Origin: Candidatus Omnitrophota bacterium
GTDB taxonomy: Bacteria > Omnitrophota > Gorgyraeia > Gygaellales > Profunditerraquicolaceae
Direction of reading: 5' to 3'
Assembly: GCA_043814315.1 (NCBI GenBank)
Contig: JBDRKE010000010.1
Location: 66,896-130,895, forward strand
Length of the DNA: 64,000 bases
Shown one piece after another: positions 24,160 to 32,428 of the stretch (positions within the stretch are counted from its first letter, which is position 1; each line of letters begins with the position of its first letter). Below the pieces are notes generated by a model, which was not told where the DNA came from, made no database searches, and saw nothing but the letters and a program-made list of their open reading frames with translations. A program made the position numbers and the translations under genes.

Positions 24160-24705
24160 ATGGTACAAAATCTCATACTTGGCCGCATAAAAGGCTTAAG
24201 ATTCAAAGGAGAGGGAATTTTTCTAATGATATTTGTCTTGACGGTAGGAGGCTTAATCGGGAGAGATTCATTGGCTGCCTCCGCAACTTATGAGGAGATT
24301 CAGGAATTAGAGAAAGATGAAAACATTTCTCCTCCTGCGCGTATCGAAAGGCCCGTTGTCGAATATCGGTCAGGACACTTAAAGGATCCTTTTCAGCGGT
24401 TCAGGAGCAGCAAAAGGACGCAAGGCCCGCAAGACGCCACAGAAGCTAAATCCGCTAAAAAGAAAAGACCCCTTCCGCCTTTGGAGATTCAAGGGGTAGT
24501 CTGGGGAGGGATTTTTCCTCAAGCCGTCGTTGATAATAAAGTTGTAAAAGTTGGAGATACCATAAAGCTTGAGCAGGCGCAAGAAGAGATAAGAATTATC
24601 AGTATCGATAAAGAAGGGATAACGGTATCTTTCGATGAGCAAAATTATAAATTGTCAGCTCCGGCAGGAGGCGACACTTCTTTCAAAATACCTTCAGGAG
24701 GATAA
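24160..24705 (+). CDS. PilP-like small periplasmic protein
   Basis: Signal/TM segment and a C-terminal beta-domain (LEIQGVVWGG..AVVDNKVVKVGD...IISIDKEGITVSF), positioned immediately before the secretin gene. It parallels ORF 46748..47137. Confidence 0.4.
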   Translation: MVQNLILGRIKGLRFKGEGIFLMIFVLTVGGLIGRDSLAASATYEEIQELEKDENISPPARIERPVVEYRSGHLKDPFQRFRSSKRTQGPQDATEAKSAKKKRPLPPLEIQGVVWGGIFPQAVVDNKVVKVGDTIKLEQAQEEIRIISIDKEGITVSFDEQNYKLSAPAGGDTSFKIPSGG

Positions 24706-24706
24706 A

Positions 24707-26284
24707 ATGAAAAAAATCTTTAGGCTGGGTGTATCTTTTTTTATGGTGATTTTTTACCTGTTCCTTCCTAAGCTGAATGCTTATCCAGAGGCCCCTTTGC
24801 TGGAGGCGGATAGTCCTGCGGAAATCTCCATGGATTTCAAGGACGCCAACCTCAAGGATGTCTTAAAAGTATTTTCTATCCAGTCCGGCATGAATTTTAT
24901 CTCTTCTGAAGCCGTGCAAGACAGGAAGATAACCCTCTATCTGGATAAGGTCCCTATCGAACAGGCTATGGATAAACTGTTTAAAGCCAACAATCTTTCC
25001 TATGAATATTACAGGGATTCCAATATATTTATCGTTAAGGAATGGGGAAAATTACAGATTGAAACCCAAACCCGCGTATTTTATCTTAAGCACGCGACGG
25101 TTTCCACCTCTTCTTTAAAACAGGAGATGCACGATATTCTGGTCAGTCAAGATAGCGGTGGAAATGCTGGTGCAGGAAAATGGAAGCAGGAAGAGGCTGC
25201 CGGCATTTCGACGGTCATCAAAAAGTTACTTTCTGACGCAGGCTCCATGATTGAAGATTATCGCACCAACAGTCTTATTATTACGGATACACCCCAACGG
25301 TTGCAGGTTATTGCCGGGGTCATTGCTTCCCTGGATGTGCCTGTTCCGCAGGTCCTCTTGGAAGTGGAGATGTTAGATGTCAGTAAGAATAGCGTGGATA
25401 AATTAGGATTGAAATGGCCTACGACATTAGCGCAGTTGACCGTACCCGGATCCCGTATGACTTCGTTTCCTTTCTCGGGAAATAAAGGAACCTCAGGAAA
25501 TAGCTATACTATTGATCCCAATGAGGGTGCTTTCGGAGGTCCGGGCGACGGATGGGATTTTCCAGCGTGGGGGGCGTCTCATTTCGGTCCGTCAATTCTC
25601 ACTATTATAGGCACAACCCTGACCCTGGATTTTTTAAGAACCCAAACCGACACCAAATTTTTGGCTCGGCCCCGGATCCTGACCTTGAATAATGAAACCG
25701 CGGAGATCCGCATTGCTACGAATGAATCCATCGGCGTAACCACTACCACTACTTCTGCCGGAGGGAACACCGGTTCATCCACAGCCGAGGCAGAAAGAGT
25801 AGAAACCGGGGTGATTTTAAGAGTAACGCCTCAGATCAATCTGGAGACCGGCGAAATCACCATGTTTATTTACCCTAAAGTTTCAGAGGCCGTGCAAGGA
25901 AGCACGATAACCAGCGGAGGTCAGACAAGCAGATTCAGGGATCCGGAAGTGCGCAGCACCAAGTCTTTGGTAAAGGTTAAGGATGGGGAAACGATTGTTA
26001 TCGGCGGGCTTCTGCGCGATGAATTCAGCCAGGTTACGGAAAAATTACCCATTTTAGGGGATCTCCCCTTTATAGGGGCCTTATTCAGGCATAAGGGAGG
26101 CGATAGCGATAAGAATAAACAACGCGAACTGCTTGTTTTTATTACGCCTCATATCATGAAAGATTCGGAAATAAAACTTGTTCAAAGGGAGCAAGTAAAG
26201 TTGTCTGGCAGGGAGCAGAGTACGATTTCAGCACTGAGTCGAGAGGTGGCTATCAATTCCAGCATGAACCGTTTTGATCAATAA
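24707..26284 (+). CDS. secretin (PilQ/GspD family)
   Basis: Signal peptide, an N0-like domain (ISMDFKDANLKDVLKVFS...) and a C-terminal secretin domain (RPRILTLNNETAEI..., VKDGETIVIGGL, LPILGDLPFIGALFR). Confidence 0.9.
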   Translation: MKKIFRLGVSFFMVIFYLFLPKLNAYPEAPLLEADSPAEISMDFKDANLKDVLKVFSIQSGMNFISSEAVQDRKITLYLDKVPIEQAMDKLFKANNLSYEYYRDSNIFIVKEWGKLQIETQTRVFYLKHATVSTSSLKQEMHDILVSQDSGGNAGAGKWKQEEAAGISTVIKKLLSDAGSMIEDYRTNSLIITDTPQRLQVIAGVIASLDVPVPQVLLEVEMLDVSKNSVDKLGLKWPTTLAQLTVPGSRMTSFPFSGNKGTSGNSYTIDPNEGAFGGPGDGWDFPAWGASHFGPSILTIIGTTLTLDFLRTQTDTKFLARPRILTLNNETAEIRIATNESIGVTTTTTSAGGNTGSSTAEAERVETGVILRVTPQINLETGEITMFIYPKVSEAVQGSTITSGGQTSRFRDPEVRSTKSLVKVKDGETIVIGGLLRDEFSQVTEKLPILGDLPFIGALFRHKGGDSDKNKQRELLVFITPHIMKDSEIKLVQREQVKLSGREQSTISALSREVAINSSMNRFDQ

Positions 26285-26286
26285 CC

Positions 26287-28008
26287 ATGCCGAAAGACAG
26301 ATATTTAAGATTAGGGGAACTCCTCATTAAAGAGGGGCTGATCAATACCGGTCAGTTAGAAAAAGCCATCAGCGCCCAAAGGCACGAGGGTGGCCGATTA
26401 GGAGAGGTTTTGGTCAGGTTGGGGTTTATCAGGGAGGACCAGGTCGTTGCTGTTCTGGGCAAGCAACTTAATATTCCTTATTTTTCTTTGGGCACGGGGA
26501 TGTTAAAACCCGCCATGGATCAGGGGCTGGAACGCCTCATCTCCGAGGATTTTGCCCTTAAGAATTCAGTCCTTCCCTTATCGCGCACCTTAAGGTCTAT
26601 TACCGTGGCGATGTCCGACCCCCTGGACCTTATCCTGGTTGATAATTTGAGAAAATTGACGGGGTGCGAAATCAATCCTGTCATTGCCACCAAATCCGAT
26701 ATCGCTAAAGCCGTCGAGGCCTTTTATGGGAAGTCCGCTATGCTGAAAGAGGCGGTGGAGGCCAGTTATGACCTTTCCAAAGTCGAAGCGCCATCGGGTG
26801 ACGCGGAAACCGCTGACCAGGAGCTCTCACTCGATAAATTAATTGCCCGCGCTGAAGAGGCTCCGGTGGTGAAATTGGTAGATTTGATCGTGCGTCAGGC
26901 GATTGATGAAAGGGCTTCGGATATCCATATCGAGCCGTTCAAAGACAGGATTTCGCTTCGGTATCGAGTCGACGGCAAGCTCTATGAGATTCCTCCTCCG
27001 GCCAAACACCTGCACATGCCGATTATATCGCGCGTCAAAATTTTGTCAAAATTAGATATTGCGGAGAAGCGGCTTCCGCAAGACGGTGCCTTCTTAGTCA
27101 GGATAAACGAAAAACCGATAGATATAAGAGTTTCCACCATACCCACCATCTATGGGGAGAAGGTCGTTATGAGAATACTGGATAGGAGCGCCGTAGTTTT
27201 GGATATTAATGTTTTAGGGTTCGGCCCCAAACAACTGGAAGACATGCGCCGCTCGATCAATGCTCCTTACGGACTGGTATTCTTAACCGGGCCTACGGGT
27301 AGCGGGAAAACCACGACCCTTTACGCCATATTAAACGAAATAAAAAATCCCACAAAAAACATAGTGACTGTCGAGGATCCGGTCGAATACAAATTAGAAG
27401 GCATTAATCAAGTCCAGGTCAAGCCTGAGATCGGGCTTACCTTTGCTGCGGCACTGCGCAGTTTCTTAAGGCAGGACCCGGATATCATGTTAGTCGGCGA
27501 GGTAAGGGATTTAGAAACGGCAGAGATTTGCATCCGTTCTGCTTTAACCGGACACCTCGTGCTAAGCACACTGCACACTAATGATGCGCCTTCAGCCGTG
27601 AACCGCCTCATGGATATCGGCATTGAGCCTTACATGCTGGCGCCATCTTTACTGTGCGTAGTGGGGCAGCGTCTCTTAAGGAAACTTTGCCCTGAATGCA
27701 AAGAGGCTTATGAGCCCGCCCAGGAAGAGCGTGACAGCGTAAAGTTAAAAGCAGATTTGATCTACCGGCCGAAAGGCTGTACGAAGTGCAACAATACGGG
27801 GTTTAACGGCCGGGTCTGTATCGCCGAGGTTATGATAGTCAACCAGGAGATTCAGGACTTGATTAACCAGAAGGCGCCTTTTCAGAAAACAAGGGCTGCC
27901 GCCAAGGCGCACGGGATGGAGACGCTTTATGAATCGGCCATAAAGAAGGTCGAACAGGGGGTTACCTCCCTTGAAGAGGCCCTTTCAGTTACGCTGGGTG
28001 CTGATTAA
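26287..28008 (+). CDS. GspE/PilB family type II/IV secretion ATPase
   Basis: 573 aa. T2SSE_N-like N-terminus, Walker A motif GPTGSGKTTT, Walker B/Asp box, His box, and a tetracysteine motif (CPECK...CTKCNNTG). Confidence 0.93.
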   Translation: MPKDRYLRLGELLIKEGLINTGQLEKAISAQRHEGGRLGEVLVRLGFIREDQVVAVLGKQLNIPYFSLGTGMLKPAMDQGLERLISEDFALKNSVLPLSRTLRSITVAMSDPLDLILVDNLRKLTGCEINPVIATKSDIAKAVEAFYGKSAMLKEAVEASYDLSKVEAPSGDAETADQELSLDKLIARAEEAPVVKLVDLIVRQAIDERASDIHIEPFKDRISLRYRVDGKLYEIPPPAKHLHMPIISRVKILSKLDIAEKRLPQDGAFLVRINEKPIDIRVSTIPTIYGEKVVMRILDRSAVVLDINVLGFGPKQLEDMRRSINAPYGLVFLTGPTGSGKTTTLYAILNEIKNPTKNIVTVEDPVEYKLEGINQVQVKPEIGLTFAAALRSFLRQDPDIMLVGEVRDLETAEICIRSALTGHLVLSTLHTNDAPSAVNRLMDIGIEPYMLAPSLLCVVGQRLLRKLCPECKEAYEPAQEERDSVKLKADLIYRPKGCTKCNNTGFNGRVCIAEVMIVNQEIQDLINQKAPFQKTRAAAKAHGMETLYESAIKKVEQGVTSLEEALSVTLGAD

Positions 28009-29237
28009 TGCCAAAATTTTTCTACATTGCCAGGAATAAGCTCGGCAAGAAAGATACCGGAGCCGAAGAGGCTGCCACACAGGAAGAAGCCATTCTTAGG
28101 TTGCAGTCTAGGGATCTGGTGGTCATCAGCATCCTACCTGCCTTTAAAGAATCCGGGGTCAACCAGGAAGTCATATCAAAGGCGAAGTTTAAACCAAAGC
28201 ACTTCCGTATTTCAGGGGAAGACCTGGTTCTTTTCTGCAGGCAGTTAGCCACGCTTTTAGGCGCAGGCGTAACGATCTTGAAGAGTCTGGATATTATTTC
28301 GCAACAGGTATCCAGCCGCAGGCTTTATGAGGTTATCAAAGAGTTACAGAAAAATATGGAAGCAGGATTAAGTTTTCATGAAGCTATATCAAAGCACCGT
28401 TTGATATTTTCTGAATTGTGGGTTAATCTTGTGGAAAGCGGGGAGGCCTCCGGAAATTTAGCCATGGTTTTGAGCCGCCTGGCCAGCTACTTAGAGAGAA
28501 ATGCGGCGTTTAAGAAAAAGATTGTTTCTGCTTTGATTTACCCTACCATCTTGATGCTGGTCGGGACAGGCGCACTTTTGTTCTTGACCGTTAAGATTAT
28601 ACCTACCTTTGCCGTCTTATTTCAGGGTTTCGATGTAAAGATGCCCTTTTTGACATCCGTGCTTATAGCCGTAAGCGGCTTTATGAGAAAATACCTGCTC
28701 ACTATTTTTGTCTTAGGGATTATCGGGTTCTTCATTTTTAAAAATTATATTTCTACAAAGCAGGGCCGAAGAGCCTTTGAGAAAATTTTGTTCAATCTTC
28801 CGGTCTTCGGAGAATTTTTTCGTGTGCTGATTGTGGAGCGCTTCACTTCTGAAATGGCCACTCTCGTTGAAAGTGGCGTGCCCATATTGTATTCTTTGGA
28901 AATCACGGAGCATAGCGTCGGAAATCTGACGCTGGGGGAGATCATCGGCAGAATCAAAGACGATGTGCGCGAAGGCAAACCTTTGTCCCAGCCGCTGGAC
29001 AGAAGCGGATTCTTCGAGCCTATGGCCGTACAAATGGTGACGATCGGAGAAGAAATCGGAGAATTATCCAGTATGTTTAAGAAATTGAATTCTTTTTATC
29101 AGGAATACGTGGATACGTTTTTGACCCGGTTTACGGTCATGTTTGAGCCGATAATGCTTATTTTTATGGGTGTCGTGATCGGCATGATGGTGGTGGGGAT
29201 GTTTTTACCTATATTCCAGCTTGTCCAGATACGCTAG
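28008..29237 (+). CDS. GspF/PilC family platform protein
   Basis: 409 aa with two T2SSF repeats and three TM segments. The start overlaps the ATPase stop. Confidence 0.92.
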   Translation: MPKFFYIARNKLGKKDTGAEEAATQEEAILRLQSRDLVVISILPAFKESGVNQEVISKAKFKPKHFRISGEDLVLFCRQLATLLGAGVTILKSLDIISQQVSSRRLYEVIKELQKNMEAGLSFHEAISKHRLIFSELWVNLVESGEASGNLAMVLSRLASYLERNAAFKKKIVSALIYPTILMLVGTGALLFLTVKIIPTFAVLFQGFDVKMPFLTSVLIAVSGFMRKYLLTIFVLGIIGFFIFKNYISTKQGRRAFEKILFNLPVFGEFFRVLIVERFTSEMATLVESGVPILYSLEITEHSVGNLTLGEIIGRIKDDVREGKPLSQPLDRSGFFEPMAVQMVTIGEEIGELSSMFKKLNSFYQEYVDTFLTRFTVMFEPIMLIFMGVVIGMMVVGMFLPIFQLVQIR

Positions 29238-29257
29238 GTTCCATACGCATAATTTAT

Positions 29258-29285
29258 TTGACTTGATTGTTTTTTGTGATATTCT
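29258..29285 (+). promoter_or_regulatory. sigma70-like promoter candidate (extended -10) for the pilin operon
   Basis: TTGACT (29258..29263), a 16-nt spacer ending in TGa, then TATTCT (29280..29285). This predicts a leader of roughly 275 nt before the pilin ATG. Confidence 0.45.
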
Positions 29286-29401
29286 AAATCAAGAGAGAGG
29301 AGGTGGTAGGTAGAGTAAATTTTTTGTTATTTCGAAAATGGTGTTATTGAAAAGTCGAAGGGCAGGTTTATCCCTCGCACCTGACAAGCCATAGATGGGT
29401 G

Positions 29402-29557
29402 CTCGGGATAATTTGCTGACCCGTAAGAGCGGGCAAATTAATTCGTTAACCCGTTATAGCTGGCGAATAATTTACTGAGCGGTTATAGCGGGGAAATTAA
29501 TCCGCTGACTAGTTATAGCAGACGGATAATTTGCTGACCCGTAATAGCGGGCAAATT
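29402..29557 (+). repeat. tandem array of five ~30-nt hairpin units directly upstream of a pilin SD
   Basis: Each unit has the form aatt-X5-...gtta/tagc...-X5'-aatt, and the outer stems differ between units (ttgc/gcaa, ttcg/cgaa, tccg/cgga). The first and last units (29406.. and 29524..) are identical except for one base. The array ends 1 nt before the aggagg SD. Confidence 0.85.
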
Positions 29558-29568
29558 AGGAGGAAAAG

Positions 29569-29964
29569 ATGAAAAGAGGTTTTACGTTACTAGAACTGAT
29601 CATTGTCATCATCGTCGTCGGTATATTAGCTACCCTTGGTTTTGTCCAGTATACAAGCATGATTGAAAAAGGCCGAAAAGCAGAGGCCAGAAGCATTTTG
29701 GGGACGTTACGTCAGTTAGAGGTTGTGCGGTATCAGGAAACAGGAGCTTATAGTAATTTGGCTGGCTTAAGTACGGGTGTACCTGACGGCGCATGTGCAG
29801 CCACACATTATTTTTTCTACGCCTGCGCCGCTGGAACAGGCACCTGCACAGCTACTAGATGTATAGGTGTTGTAGGTAAACAGCCAGGCGTTCCTGCCGC
29901 AGATGTCTATACCATTACGTTGAGTGTTGACGGAAATTTCAACGGAACAGGCAATTGGCAGTAA
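29569..29964 (+). CDS. type IV pilin-like protein (paralog 1)
   Basis: MKRG|FTLLELIIVIIVVGILA prepilin motif. The C-terminal domain has four Cys. Confidence 0.85.
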   Translation: MKRGFTLLELIIVIIVVGILATLGFVQYTSMIEKGRKAEARSILGTLRQLEVVRYQETGAYSNLAGLSTGVPDGACAATHYFFYACAAGTGTCTATRCIGVVGKQPGVPAADVYTITLSVDGNFNGTGNWQ

Positions 29965-29988
29965 GGATATAAAAAAGACAGCATTATC

Positions 29989-30399
29989 TTGGAGAGAAAG
30001 AAGAAGAAAAAAGGCTTTACAATGTTAGAGCTAGTTATAGTCATTGTGGTCGTGGCTATACTAGTGAGTTTAGGGCTTGTTCAGTTTACTTCCGTGATGG
30101 AAAAGGGCCGTAAAGCAGAAGCCAGAAGCATCCTGGGGACGCTGCGTCAGTTAGAGATTTCGCGATACGAAGAGATGCTCACGTATAGTAATTTAGCAGG
30201 ATTAGGCATAGCTGTACCTGACGGCGCATGTGCAGCCACGCATTATTTTTTCTACGCCTGCGCCGCTGGAACAGGCACCTGCACGGCTACTAGATGTATA
30301 GGTGCTGTAGGTAAACAGCCAGGCGTTCCTGCCGCAGATGTTTATACCATCACGCTGGATGTTAACGGAAATTTCTCGGGAACAGGCAATTGGCAGTAA
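29989..30399 (+). CDS. type IV pilin-like protein (paralog 2)
   Basis: TTG start with leader MERKKKKKG|FTMLELVIVIVVVAILV. The last ~186 nt are nearly identical to paralog 1. Confidence 0.85.
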   Translation: MERKKKKKGFTMLELVIVIVVVAILVSLGLVQFTSVMEKGRKAEARSILGTLRQLEISRYEEMLTYSNLAGLGIAVPDGACAATHYFFYACAAGTGTCTATRCIGAVGKQPGVPAADVYTITLDVNGNFSGTGNWQ

Positions 30400-30417
30400 G
30401 GACAGGAGAAAAAGCCG

Positions 30418-30831
30418 ATGAAGAAAACTGGCGTTACTTTGCTGGAAATGGTGATTACCGTTATGCTCATCGGTATTTTAGGTACACTGGGCTTTATCCA
30501 ATACGGGAATTACCGAGAAGAGGCTTTGGGCAAAGAGGCGCGCGCGAATTTGAGATTGATTATAGCTGCGCAAAGGATCTACAAGATAAAAACAAGCGCT
30601 TACTTCCCTGCTGCCGGAGGTACCGAGAGTAACACAGGCACCATTAATGATAATCTGAAAGTGCTTTTGTCCACTTTAGCGGGTTCTGGCCGGACATGGG
30701 ATTATCTGGTGACCTCTTCAGGCGGTTCAACCTGCGTTCAGGCAACGAGATTTAATGGGCCTGCAAAAACCTGGAGATTCCGCAATAATGAACCTGGCGG
30801 AGATCCTCTTGAAAATGCCACTTGTCCTTAA
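30418..30831 (+). CDS. type IV pilin / pseudopilin-like protein
   Basis: MKKTG|VTLLEMVITVMLIGILG. The C-terminus is similar to ORF 18..419. Confidence 0.8.
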   Translation: MKKTGVTLLEMVITVMLIGILGTLGFIQYGNYREEALGKEARANLRLIIAAQRIYKIKTSAYFPAAGGTESNTGTINDNLKVLLSTLAGSGRTWDYLVTSSGGSTCVQATRFNGPAKTWRFRNNEPGGDPLENATCP

Positions 30832-30836
30832 CCTTA

Positions 30837-31268
30837 ATGCCTATGTGTGAAAAAAGTATAATGGCCTTTACCCCGCACTTCATAAAGCCTCGTCTTAAAT
30901 CCTGCACCCCTCTTGTGCGGAATTTAGGACGATGTGCGGGGTTTACCTTGATTGAAATCTTAGTTTCTACGGTGCTCATTTCTTTGGTTTTAGTTGGGTT
31001 AGGGAATCTTTTTCTGGGCGGAAAAAAATGGATGCAGCACCGCCGCTACCAAATCACTGCCGGCCAAATAGCCAAGGTTTTTTTAGACCCTTTGCAGATG
31101 GATGTCCGTCAGGACCAATGGGGAAGTAACTGTTTAAGCAGCGGCATAGGTTGCCCAGGCACCCAAAATGTGGATGGCATTACCTACACTCCTGTTTATA
31201 ATATTTCGGCTGTTGGGAATTTGCGTCGCGTCCAGTTGACTATTAGCTGGAGCGAGCCCACCTCTTAG
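30837..31268 (+). CDS. minor pseudopilin-like protein with an unusually long leader
   Basis: Contains ..LGRCAG|FTLIEILVSTVLISLVLVGL. The start is uncertain (TTG 30822, ATG 30837 or ATG 30861), which gives a 27-40-aa leader. Confidence 0.6.
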   Translation: MPMCEKSIMAFTPHFIKPRLKSCTPLVRNLGRCAGFTLIEILVSTVLISLVLVGLGNLFLGGKKWMQHRRYQITAGQIAKVFLDPLQMDVRQDQWGSNCLSSGIGCPGTQNVDGITYTPVYNISAVGNLRRVQLTISWSEPTS

Positions 31269-31862
31269 ATGCCCGAAAATAAAAAAATTCCCGGAGTCAC
31301 TCTTATAGAATTAATTATCGCTATTGTCTTGATTTCATTCATTGTCTTAGGGATTGCGAATATTGATACCTTCTTCCATTTTCATGTCCTGAATGCGGAT
31401 CGCCGCATTAAGATTCAATATGAAACCTCCATTTCCTTAGAACACATGACGAAGGAGATGGTAAGGGCCATAGGAGATACCAATAAGCCTCCTGTGACCT
31501 TGCTTTTGCCTTCTGGTTCCATCTACCGCGGCATTAGGGTCTGGGTGGATGAAAACCAAAACGGAATTCAGGATACTTACCCCACGGACCGTGAAATCGG
31601 TTATCTCTACCAACAGGGCTCGAGTACGATTCAGTATTATAACCCCTGCCGAGGCCCGAGCTGCAACTGGGCAGGAAGCCTGCTGAATGAGACCCTATCT
31701 CGACAGATTGCCGAGTGTACCTTTACCTGGTCTGCGAGCACTGGAAACTTCGTTGATGTCAACATCACCTCGCGCCACAATACCTCCGTGGCCTCTTCTG
31801 TGGATAATCCCGAAATGAACATGATCGCCCGTATTCAAATGCCTGCCGTATCTACCCATTGA
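31269..31862 (+). CDS. minor pseudopilin-like protein (GspJ/PilW-like size)
   Basis: MPENKKIPG|VTLIELIIAIVLISFIVLGI. 197 aa. Confidence 0.7.
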   Translation: MPENKKIPGVTLIELIIAIVLISFIVLGIANIDTFFHFHVLNADRRIKIQYETSISLEHMTKEMVRAIGDTNKPPVTLLLPSGSIYRGIRVWVDENQNGIQDTYPTDREIGYLYQQGSSTIQYYNPCRGPSCNWAGSLLNETLSRQIAECTFTWSASTGNFVDVNITSRHNTSVASSVDNPEMNMIARIQMPAVSTH

Positions 31863-32111
31863 TTTTTTTACAAAGCCCCTCTTGGCATCCGCAAGAATTT
31901 ATTTGCCCGCCTGCAGAAACTATGGTAAATTAATATGACGAAAGGGAAATATTCTTGATGAGAAAGAATTTTTTAGTCCTGCGCCCTAGATAAAAGATTA
32001 GGGTGGGCTTAGGACAAAATTTTTCGAATAAAAAAATTTCAGTACTTCCCCCTTAAATAAAAGCTTAAGGTAGGGGAAGTACAAAAAATTCTTGCTCAGC
32101 AAGAATTTTTT

Positions 32112-32187
32112 GGGGCAGTAGCTCAGCTGGGAGAGCGTCGCGTTCGCATCGCGAAGGTCGGGAGTTCGATCCTCCTCTGCTCCACCA
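32112..32187 (+). tRNA. tRNA-Ala (anticodon CGC), CCA encoded
   Basis: The cloverleaf was folded by hand. Acceptor stem ggggcag/ctgctcc includes the G3:U70 Ala identity pair. The anticodon loop ttCGCat and T-loop ttcgatc are present, with discriminator A followed by CCA. Confidence 0.93.
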
Positions 32188-32420
32188 AAATTTTCCAGCC
32201 TCTCGCCCTTTGGGCTCGGGATAATTCGTCGACCGATAAGGTATAACGGGCGAATTAACAAGGAAAATTTTGGTGGCACTTGAACGAGCGCGGGCGAGGC
32301 AGCCCCTCGGCCGTTGGCCTCGGGATAATTCACCGATATGCAATAGCGGGTGAATTAACAAGCGAGGCAGCGAGTGAAAGTGCATACTTCCTTGATTTTT
32401 GATAAGGAAAAATTTGGTGG
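32188..32420 (+). repeat. two ~105-nt repeat units downstream of tRNA-Ala, each with a ctcgggataatt...aattaacaag hairpin
   Basis: The hairpins at 32213..32262 (aattcg/cgaatt stem) and 32318..32366 (aattcacc/ggtgaatt stem) share the ctcgggataatt lead-in seen at 29402. In addition, ggaaaa(a)tttggtgg at 32262 and 32406 is an inverted copy of the tRNA 3' end caccaaaattttcc. Confidence 0.8.
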
Positions 32421-32428
32421 CCTCCTCT

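Noticed and set aside
29402-29557. Possible small CRISPR array (regular ~30-nt periodicity).
   Set aside because: There is no alternation of an invariant repeat with unique spacers; each unit is itself a hairpin with a variable stem. The units abut each other, no cas genes are in the window, and the array ends at a pilin SD.
29569-30399. Possible diversity-generating retroelement target/template pair, because the pilin paralogs have near-identical 3' halves.
   Set aside because: No reverse transcriptase is present in the window. The mismatches are mixed transitions and transversions (a/g, t/c and others), not adenine-specific. Gene conversion or recent duplication is the simpler explanation.
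31863-32428. Possible genomic island or integrative element inserted at tRNA-Ala.
   Set aside because: There is no integrase, and no direct repeat of the tRNA 3' end; the copies are inverted. The flanking genes (pilins, AmmeMemoRadiSam) show no compositional break that I can see.
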